Assembly (NCBI RefSeq): GCF_048593235.1
Contig: NC_133620.1
Coordinates: 61,630,852-61,694,851 of the forward strand
Length of the DNA: 64,000 bases
Origin: Sminthopsis crassicaudata
Taxonomy: Eukaryota
Direction: 5' to 3'
The translations under genes and the position numbers were made by a program. Each line of letters starts with the position of its first letter. The first letter of the stretch is position 1. The notes beneath the pieces are model-generated. The model searched no databases. It was not told the origin of the DNA and saw only the letters and a program-made list of their open reading frames with translations. Below are positions 40,479 through 49,393 of the stretch, in pieces.

Positions 40479-42534
40479 ATGATCAGATCCCTAAAAAAGA
40501 CATTGCTGTCCCAAAACCGGGAGTCGCCTCAATGGAGCCCAGCAGAGGTTGCGGTAAATACTGCCAGTATTTGGGGTGGAGGTAATTGTGTGGGAATTGA
40601 AATGTAACTTCAGACTTACCAAGTTTTCTTTAGAAATTGAGCAAAGGCAAAGATCCTCGGTTTGCCATTTAGCACCCTGGTGGTGGTCTACATCAGTAGG
40701 CACATTACTAATATTTGCATCAAGATGCAGGGATGATGCTGGCCAAAACCCTGATGGTTGAGAGATGGATGTTGGGGATTTGACTAGACAACCTAACTAC
40801 TGCTAGGGCAGTCAAGACAAAGAGATCATATTGTATTTTTGGCCCTTTTTGTCCCTTGACTTTTTTTCCGCTACTGTTTCACTTGTATCCATTCTTGTAG
40901 TTCAGTCACATACAAACTGGTTAACCAACTTGGTATTGGGCAGTTGGTTGCAAGGTTTGGTTTGTTCATGGGTCTCTGTATACCAGATAAGCTGAAACTT
41001 CAGCTATCAAACCCTACTTATCTGGTAGGGAACCTGATATGACAAAGCCACTTCCGACCATAAATTCAAATTAATGATTGTCCATCAGAGCACATCCTGA
41101 AAAGATGGTTGTATTCCCAGGTGCCCGGATGTGAACTCCGGCATTATGAGGCTGGGTTATGGGCCAGTACTGTGATCAAAGGCGAGAGCCAGAAGGAGGC
41201 CCTTCGTCAAGGGTTCAGCAAACTCTTCCACTACATCCAGGGAGAGAATGAGACAGGTATCCAGCTCTTCAATCCCCCAAACAGTACCCAGAATGACCTT
41301 ACCATTATAGGTGGCAATCCTATAGAGTTGGGCTCCACAGACAAGACCAACTAAACCAAAGACTAGTTTTTAAGTTTTTAAGACCATTGGGTATGGCACA
41401 ACCTCAGGTTTCACCCTTTCTTGCCACCATTATCAGAAGGCAGCTTTTGCAATTAGTTGAAATAAGGCAGTCACCAGTAATTGAATGCCCTAAGAGGTAA
41501 CTGCAAAGGTCTCCCAAAATTTCCTGTCACATCCAAAGTTTAACACTAACATTATTGCACTGATCTAATTCCAAATTGAGGCTTAATGAGTGGCACTTCT
41601 ATACCTAAGGCAAGACTGTCCTTTAAATTATGAGTAGTAAGCTATTTTGGGTTACATTCTACAAACTAGCCTCAACTTGTATTCCAGATAGTTGAGGCTG
41701 GTATTTTTGCAATTTCCAATTTTGCTTTTCATGAGCACTGTGGCTTGGAATAACTTTCCTGAACAAAAATATGCAAATATTTTCTACATCAACAGGTATA
41801 GCCCATACTGCACTATCCTAATTATCTTCCCCAAATATAATACAAATGATCACCCAAAACATCAATCTATATCCCTGTTATCTGCCTCTTGAAGACATCC
41901 AACATAGGCCATTTAGCTTCTTCAACTAATTCCCTTTTGTGGTTTTAGCAAGATCCATGTAGATCACTATTGAGTTTTTTCTTACCAGAGACTAAGATTG
42001 AGATGACAGTGCCAGTGACCTGCCGGGTGCAACCTGGCACCACTGAATACAAGGTTTCCTTCTTTGTACCAACTAAGCATCAGAATTCTCCACCAGAGCC
42101 CACAGACCCGGATGTGTTCATTGAGGAGAGGAAAGGAGCAGCCATTTTTGTCAGGTAGTATTTGTTTCCACTTCAGGGAGGTAGAGACCCCCTTGACATG
42201 CAAGTAAAATGGGTCATCAGGACTCCACCCTACATTGTACAACTGATACCCAGTTTCCCCAAAGAATGTCAATTTAAAATGCTTTGCCTGAGGTAAAATC
42301 TTTTCATCTTATTGCAGATCATTTGGAGGATTTGCTTCTGCAGAAAAATTCAGCAAAGAAGCCAAAGAGCTAGCAGATACTCTGAAGAAAGAGGGTCAAC
42401 CCTTTCATTCTGATTTCTACTATACTGCTGGCTATAACAGTCCTTTTAGACTCTTCAACAGACATAACGAAGTTTGGTATTTCAAGAAAGAAGAAATAGA
42501 AGGCTTATGGGTAAGGGTTAAATATTTGTGCTGA
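40479..42534 (+). CDS. SOUL/HEBP2-like heme-binding family protein, 4 coding exons, 197 aa (possible 204-aa isoform using exon 42712-42756)
   Basis: join(40479-40553,41121-41256,41989-42154,42318-42534). Translation: MIRSLKKTLLSQNRESPQWSPAEVAVPGCELRHYEAGLWASTVIKGESQKEALRQGFSKLFHYIQGENETETKIEMTVPVTCRVQPGTTEYKVSFFVPTKHQNSPPEPTDPDVFIEERKGAAIFVRSFGGFASAEKFSKEAKELADTLKKEGQPFHSDFYYTAGYNSPFRLFNRHNEVWYFKKEEIEGLWVRVKYLC. SOUL motifs: E-x-R-H-Y, GFxKLxxYIQGxN, IxMTxPV, PPxPxDxxVFIE, FVRSFGGF, YTAGYNSP, RxNEVW. GT-AG introns. Kozak GCCATG with an in-frame TGA upstream at 40452. Confidence 0.93.
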
Positions 42535-43260
42535 CTTAAGTCACATGCAATTATACCTTGTGCTATTGGGGGGGGTGGAATAGGGGAGAACACGGAAGAA
42601 ATCAATGGGTGTTTTCCAATTCCTAAAGCTGCAACTCAAATAGTTATAGGAAATGGGTAGGGAGTAAAGCAAAGCACAAGAAATCATTTTGTGTTAAACT
42701 TTGAGTTACAGATGGCGAAGAACTTCCTTGGAAAAATTGGCAAACTCCTAGTCTAATGGACAGTTAAAGGAAACCTGGGCACTGACCTCAACTGCCATTG
42801 ATTTACACCCTGTCAATATCTGCATGGATCTGCCATTCCTTTAGTTTTCTTGCCAAATGAGGCAATAGGTAGTTTTTACACACTTAAACTCTTCTTGCAA
42901 AATTGTTTAGTTAATTTAAAATATTTCAATTAAAATGACTAAGCTCAGTGAGGCTCATGAATACACTCTAATGTTCTTTCCTTCCAAATATACCTCATAA
43001 TCTAGTATGGATGCATTGCCATAGTAATGGTGCTAAGTGAGCTTTTTATCTGGAAATTCATTATTATGAATGAGATTATGACAGCAAATAATGTACAATA
43101 CCACTTTATTAAAGTTCTGTTGAGTACAATTGATAACAGCATACTGGCATTTTGTTCTGCTTCCGCTTCTCAGGTCACCCAAAGTTCCTACCTGTAAGAC
43201 AAAAGACCACTCTTAGTTTAAAAACAAAAATTTAGGCGAATGAAGTTCCAGGATTTTGTT

Positions 43261-43333
43261 AATTATCAGACCTTAGTTTCTCATCACTTAATCAGTGAGA
43301 GAGTTCAAGTAAAGGATGATGTCATCATATTCT
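43261..43333 (-). ncRNA. SNORD81: C/D box snoRNA U81
   Basis: ATGATGA…cttgaactctctcaCTGA…TGATGA…CTGA. The guide matches recalled human U81. Confidence 0.93.
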
Positions 43334-43500
43334 AATGAACAAGGATTGATTTTGCTCCCCTCTTTAACTTACTTGAGCTTAAGACAGCCGTCCAGTCTCA
43401 TTTTCTGATGGTTCATTACAAGTATCGCTATGTAGGAGGCAAAGAAATGTGTAATGAGCTAAAGATTTTCAATACCTGAAAAACCATTGATTTTTCATGA

Positions 43501-43581
43501 TAACCTCAGAATAAAAGTGGAACGGTTTATGGGTGAAATCATTGCCATTTCATTTGGCAGAATCAATAACATCACTGGTTA
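43501..43581 (-). ncRNA. SNORD47: C/D box snoRNA U47, copy A (intron 10)
   Basis: taacc stem, GTGATGT, gattctgccaa-ATGA, aaaccgttcc, CTGA-ggtta. Confidence 0.93.
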
Positions 43582-43870
43582 CAACTTCCACACCCCAAAC
43601 TGCAAAATCTAAGTAAAAAGTTCTTACCTTCCTATAATATTTGGGCTCCTGATTATTGTCAAATCTATAAAAAGATGATAAAACTTTAGAAGGTTGCAAC
43701 TTGGACATTTGGCCTCTTACTATGAAGAGAAATTCTCTATTTTGTCATCTCTTCTTATCCTATTTTCCCATACTCTTGCAGTGACTAAAAATGATAGAAA
43801 TATAGGCCATTGTAACTAAATGAAATTCTTAATGATTTGTTAAGATGCCACTGCATTCTGGATTCCAAAT

Positions 43871-43952
43871 GTAACCTCAGTTTTAAACTATGGAACGGTT
43901 TATGATTAAAATCATCTTGTCATTTGGCAGAATCTTTTTCATCACTGGTTAC
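43871..43952 (-). ncRNA. SNORD47: C/D box snoRNA U47, copy B (intron 9)
   Basis: gtaacc/ggttac stem, GTGATGA, gattctgccaa-ATGA, aaaccgttcc, CTGA. Confidence 0.9.
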
Positions 43953-44216
43953 ACTCAAAAATATCAAATTGGACAAACTAAAATGACTTCACTTACCGGT
44001 GTCCAATCCCAAGACATTTTATGCTGAAAAAAGAAAAGCCATATTGTAATCAGGGGATGCCAAAACTATCCAAAGAAAAACCACAAAAGAGGAACCTTTC
44101 AAAATCCCATTCTAAGAATATTTACTATGGGCAACAAAAAAAAATTTATCTGCTACCTCTTTATAACTTTCATTTGGGTAGTGATTTTACAGATAGTTTT
44201 GGTATCTTCAATAGCA

Positions 44217-44296
44217 GATACATCAGATAGGAGCGAAAGACAAAAACAAGTATTCATCACCATAGATCTGCTGAACTATGTTATCATCATCATATC
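44217..44296 (-). ncRNA. SNORD80: C/D box snoRNA U80
   Basis: ATGATGAtaacatagttcagcagat…TGATGA…gtctttcgctcctatCTGA. Confidence 0.95.
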
Positions 44297-44503
44297 AGCT
44301 TTGAGACACCACTTTTAGCATAATGTAACCTAATTGAAATGTCTTAAAATCTAAAATTAGAATATCACCTTTTCAGCAGCTTCACTTTAACTCAGGACAA
44401 AGTCCACTGTTGAACTGACAATTCACTTTTCATCTGCAAAAAATAACAGGAAATTAAAATCTTGCCAAAATGTGTTTCTTTCTAAACCAACTATTCAAAA
44501 TCT

Positions 44504-44586
44504 GTACTGTTTCAGAAAAAGAAAATCCTCATTCTCTTTCAGAGAGATTCCCATTGTTTTAATATATAAATCATCACTAACAGTAC
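44504..44586 (-). ncRNA. SNORD79: C/D box snoRNA U79
   Basis: gtactgtt/aacagtac stem, GTGATGA, atgggaatctctCTGA, CTGA. Confidence 0.95.
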
Positions 44587-45120
44587 ATGACATATCATGA
44601 ATCAACTCTACAAAGGTATAAGCTTTATAGGCTGACAATCAGAATCAAGTTGTCTTTATGTACTTTTTCTTGAACAATTACAATGACATGCCATTACATT
44701 ACATGCAAATTAGTCACTGATTGAACTGCTTTTTCAAAAGGCACTTTCCACCCCAGAACTTTACAAACTTTACACATGTAAAAATATTTTCTATGTAAGG
44801 CATAAAAAAAGTACACATTTTAAAATGTCAACTCCAACAGCCCAGTTTGCACACTAAAGCCTAACAAAGTACTAAATTCCTTTCACTCCTTCCCTATGCA
44901 TTAAGGAAAATATTAAAGCTTATTCTTTAAACTAGGAAAAAGTATTTGAAAACTGATAACATATTCAATCAATAATTACCCCCAAAATTACCCAATTAAC
45001 AAAATTTTTTCCTTACCCATTTCCAAGTGAAATCACAGCATCTGGACAAGGAAAACCTAAACCAAAAGTTTACATTACATATGATTTTGTCAGAGAAATA
45101 AAGGTTGCGCTTAATTTGTG

Positions 45121-45197
45121 ACAGGGCACTTCAGTGCTATATTTGTCTACATGCTGACTTCAGGTCAGACATTTGAAGACATCATTATAAACCCTGT
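45121..45197 (-). ncRNA. SNORD78: C/D box snoRNA U78
   Basis: acaggg/ccctgt stem, ATGATGT…caaatgtCTGAcctgaa…gcatgtagacaaa…CTGA. Confidence 0.95.
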
Positions 45198-45455
45198 TAA
45201 GTGACTTTTAAAATGTTTTATTTCCCAAAATCCAAATGGAATATATTGCTATGAATTAAAAATACTTTTTGAAAAGTAATCTTATGGTAGGTAATATAAT
45301 ACCATACTATCAAGTTAAATCTAAAAGCAACTCTTCCCACCAGCACTCACAAAATAATCCAACTGGAAAATCTTCAAGATTCAGGTGGTACCTAAAAGAG
45401 ACCAATTTTAGTTAAATAAACATCAAATTAGATTAATCATTTAAAGTTTCAAACA

Positions 45456-45530
45456 AAGCCTGAAATCAGCTAGAGCTAATTAGACCTTCATGATTTAAGT
45501 CAGTCTATTGGCTTATCATCACTCAGGCTT
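45456..45530 (-). ncRNA. SNORD44: C/D box snoRNA U44
   Basis: aagcctga/tcaggctt stem, GTGATGA, guide attagctctag-CTGA (complementary to 18S ctagagctaat). Confidence 0.95.
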
Positions 45531-45864
45531 TGAAACCACTGAACAAGTAACTTCCCCATGGAAATTCAATTATGAACACCATTTCTATTGCCCAGTTAAT
45601 AGGAAATGAAACATTCTATCCTAAGACCTCTTGAAGCAAACTGTAGTGCATTTTACCCAAGACCATAAAAATCAAAAATCTTTATTTCAAAGTACAATAA
45701 TTCCTAATTTATAAGTAGGACCTCAGTTCCACTGATCCTTTAAATGCTAAGCTTTAGGCCTTACCATTTCTTGTTTCCAGTTTATAAGTCCCTGGAGGCA
45801 AAAGGAAAAAAATCCCAAGGTTATTTCTATTTGTGGAATTTTTAGCAAAATGTTTTTAATAGGA

Positions 45865-45938
45865 CAGACACATCAGACAATAAGGTATATATTCTTCACT
45901 ATTCTATCTGCTGAACTATGCAACCATCATAGTATCTG
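45865..45938 (-). ncRNA. SNORD77: C/D box snoRNA U77
   Basis: cagatactATGATGGttgcatagttcagcagat…tgtCTGAtgtgtctg. Confidence 0.93.
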
Positions 45939-46084
45939 CTTATTTTCAGATAGTGAATATTTAAAAGATATTTAAGTAATTACCTGTTTGCCTGTGACTG
46001 TAATACTTTGGAGCCTGGGGAGAGAAATAAACAGCAGTTAATAACAATTTTCTTGTGTATACATCTCCAAATTGTATAGTTTAA

Positions 46085-46169
46085 GTGCTTCAGTGTAAGA
46101 AAGAGGTGGTAATGACTCTCATCATATTTGTGATCAAGAGTAGCAAATAAAAACTCATCATTAAGGCAC
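46085..46169 (-). ncRNA. SNORD76: C/D box snoRNA U76
   Basis: ATGATGA…tttatttgctactcttga…ATGATGA…accacc…CTGA. Confidence 0.93.
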
Positions 46170-46379
46170 AGTTATTCAATACTTAACAACTTTGAGGTTG
46201 GGCCAAATGCAAAATGCAAGACACTTCCCAAAGCTGCATCATTTTCACTCAACTAAATTCAACACTTACCGCAGTAACACTATCTTCATCCATGACACAT
46301 AACTGTAAAGTACATGAAAAAAAAAGATTAAATATTCCAAAGAATTAAATTGAATGCAATTACTGTCCCTCAACATTAA

Positions 46380-46440
46380 AGCCTCAGTATGATATTGTCA
46401 GAAATCACTTCTGTCCACTACTCTGAAACCATCATAGGCT
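46380..46440 (-). ncRNA. SNORD75: C/D box snoRNA U75
   Basis: agcctATGATGG…agagtagtggacagaag…CTGAggct. Confidence 0.93.
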
Positions 46441-46779
46441 TAGCAACTTCGGGCACGTGGAAACTTCCCGACACTACAGGCCTTTAAGACCTAGATCCCA
46501 GTTAACAGGAGACGCTAATGCGAACTCGGCAAACTTACGTACTCTGCACAACGTATTACAGTAGGCGGCGCCCTCCCAAGCCCCATCTTGGGCAGGAAGC
46601 TTACCTTTAAGGGCATCAAGGGGAATGCTTCCGTTTTCCTGAACTCCATGCCTTAAAAATAAAAAAAGCTTTGTGGAAAGCAATCCAAGCTAACGACTCA
46701 AAAAAATTACATTTCAAGCCTCAGTGGCAACGAACGTCTTAAATTCACTGACCAGCATAATGACCGATATGCAGCAAAA

Positions 46780-48450
46780 ACGGTACTCATTTTATCGGCA
46801 AAAAATGCCATACGCCACTCCTAGTTCCCTGTCTGTCCTTGCAATCTAAGGCCCAAATTCTGTCACGGAGAGCCGCGGAAAGGATCTTGTTAATTCCGCT
46901 CGACTCCCTGGCTCCAGGGGAACGGGCCAGGCGTCCGGCCAATCTACCTCAGGCGCGCCTACGAGCACGTGGTGCCCGCCGCCTGCTCGGACCCCAGCGT
47001 GGACTCGGCCCAGGCCCCGCATCAGAGACGTTGGCCTTCATCAGCGGTCTCAGATGTCCCTACCAACGTTGCTTTCATCACACAGCAAGGCCTGGAGCCA
47101 GACGCTCTACCCCTCCTTCCCCCAACTCCATGGCAGCCTCAGCTTAGCTGCAGAGGCTTCTCGGGCCACGAAATCCCGCCCCACAGTCCCGAACCCAATC
47201 CGGAACCATCCAACGTTTACTCAAAGACACGGTCTCCTGCCGCGGCGAGGGCCTGGGTGCCGACTAACACCAAAGTCGCGAGGCCGCAAAGGCCGGGCCG
47301 CGCTAAGCGCCAAACGCAGCAGAACTTACCTAACGCAAAGACGCGCCACCGCTGTGGAAAGAACGAAAAGCGGCCGAGCGGCCCCTTATATAAAGGCGGT
47401 GTGACGTCATGACGCCCCCGTCGGCTTCGGTACCGCCCCCCAGCCAAAGAGCGGGAACTGAAGGCTGGAACGTCACTTAGCCTCTCCTCTCGCCTCATCC
47501 ACCTGCTCCTCCTCCCCGCCTCCCGACTCGACTGGTCAGAGCGTTCGTGGCCCCTCCTCCAGCCCGCAGCGGAGGGCGGGACTCCCGGGGGACACGTGAC
47601 GCAGGGCTGTGGCCTGGGAAGCGGAGCTGTGGAGAACGGAGGAAGGGGGAGGGGGAAAGGAGTGGAATGGGGGAGGGGGCAAGTGAGGAGGAGGAGGAGG
47701 AGGATGGGGGGGCGGTGTAAGGGTGAGTGATTTCCTTCCGGCACGTCGCCCGCTCGGGGGGAGGGGGCGGGGGGTTTCACTTCCGGGACGGTGTTCCGGC
47801 CCATTCCGGCCCATTTCCACCCCCGGAGGTAGGTACTGCTCCTCGGCGGGGTCCGGGCCCCGACTCTCTGTCCTGGCCTCCCCCCTCCTACCCTCGGCCC
47901 GCTCGGATCCGCCCCGCCCCCGTTCCCCCTCTCAGCCCAGCCCAGGTGGGGCCCGACCCCAGAGCTAGGGGCGACCTTTCTTGCCCCACCCCACCCCCTC
48001 CTCTCAGCCCCAAGAGCAGGCGGACCCGCCCCCCCACTCGGGGCCCCTCCCTCTAGACCCCCGAGACCCGCACCCACCGCGGCTGCCGCCGGGCACCACT
48101 CCCCTGCAGCCACACCCCACCCCACCCCCGCTGGACCCGCTCGGGGGGAACGCCCCCTTCCCCTCCCTGGCAGACCCGCCCCCGTGCCCACCTTCCCAGT
48201 GCCCCCTTACCCACTCCGATCATCTGCAAACTGAGCACCAGTCCGTGGCCCCGCGGGACCCCCAGCCACGCAAGGGAGAGACAGACAGACTTTTCTCGTG
48301 GCTCCCTCCCGCCCCACTCGGGAGCTGCTGGAACGAGGAAACGAGCACCAGCTCACCCAAAGGCGCTGGTGTGGGCTCCAAAATAAACACGTCTGAATTC
48401 CGAGTGGCATCGGCCGGGCTCTCTCCGAATTACATGTCTCAAAACAAACA
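46780..48450. promoter_or_regulatory. CpG-island bidirectional promoter GAS5 (-) / ZBTB37 (+)
   Basis: TATA TTATATAAAG at 47386-47395, CRE TGACGTCA at 47402-47409, TTCCGG ETS cores at 47736, 47781, 47794 and 47804. ZBTB37 exon-1 donor GAG|GTAGGT at 47828/47829. Confidence 0.85.
47017..47087 (-). ncRNA. SNORD74: C/D box snoRNA U74
   Basis: GTGATGA…gttggtagggacatCTGA…TGATGA…gccaac…CTGA. Confidence 0.95.
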
Positions 48451-49393
48451 CCACTTGGCTGGGGAAGGGGAGGTCAAGTTGGCTCCGAGGGGTCGGCCAC
48501 ATAGGTAGCTCTCCGCGCAGGGCAGTCTGGAGAAGGCAGAGCCAGGAGGGAGGGCACCCCTAGCTGAGGACAGGCAGGGAGGCAGTGCACACACAGAGCT
48601 GCCACCCACCTGTGAAACTGACAAATGCTGGCCCGGGCCGGAGCGCCTCATCCTATAAACGCTCAGCCCGCAGAGCCCGAGATGGGCCCGCTGCATCCGC
48701 ACTGTGCACTCCAGTTACCTATGGCACTTTTCCTAAAACAAGATTACTCTTGCCTGTGTGTCCCAGGCCAGCTCTCTCAGGAGCTGGCTGGTTTACTTGG
48801 GAAAACTGGCACAGCTTTCAATAGGTTATTAGTCATACTACGATATACGTAGGACGAGGATTGTAATAAAATGTTCACATCTTATGTGAGGACCTAGCAA
48901 ATTAGGACTTACCCCAATTTTGGGGGGTATCCTTGGTTATTTTTGAGAACCCAAATCCCCCTCCCCCCAAAACAATTATTTCTCCATTTTTTATCTATCT
49001 TGAAAAAATTAAAATATATACATTTGAAAAGTGAAACATTTAAATGTTTTATTCTTTCTCTCTTGAATTCTGGATTCAAAGCTGAAGCTACATAAACTTA
49101 ATAAATAAAAATAGTGTCATCATAACCTGAGATAGTCTAATAAAGTCCAGAGTTTCTTTTCAAGTTTCACAGTGACTAACCACAAACCCTGGAGAAGTGG
49201 ACTTTACCTCCTGATAGTGCTGTTTTCCCATTTAGAAATAGGAAAAGTAACTTTATTCTTTTGAGAAGTATTTTGAAGTAAAATTTTCAAATAGTGTGGT
49301 TATAAAGTTCACTGGGAATGAAATTATGATTCGTAGTCATTATTCCTATTTCCTCTTTCAGCAGGGCTGAAAGCCTGTTCCATCAGGCACAAC

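Larger units (their letters stand above)
43088..47370 (-). ncRNA. GAS5: GAS5 multi-snoRNA 5'TOP host gene, 12 exons
   Basis: Predicted exons (minus): 47370-47330, 46651-46605, 46302-46270, 46014-45984, 45791-45765, 45391-45351, 45056-45017, 44433-44369, 44023-43997, 43664-43628, 43427-43373, 43191-~43088. Pyrimidine start CTTTTCGTTCTTTCC. AATAAA at 43110-43105. snoRNA order U74,75,76,77,44,78,79,80,47,47,81. TSS and 3' end approximate. Confidence 0.92.

Noticed and set aside
43088-43191. GAS5 hormone-response-element mimic hairpin
   Set aside because: No similarity to the recalled human exon-12 sequence. That element is considered primate-restricted, so its absence is unsurprising.
46720-46810. 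Possible extra C/D snoRNA in GAS5 intron 1 (CTGA near 46721-46724)
   Set aside because: No convincing C box or terminal stem.
47217-48191. 324-aa minus-strand ORF and the many overlapping 60-175 aa ORFs at 46.8-48.9 kb
   Set aside because: Low-complexity Gly/Pro/Arg translations expected from a stop-poor CpG island; no domain recognised.
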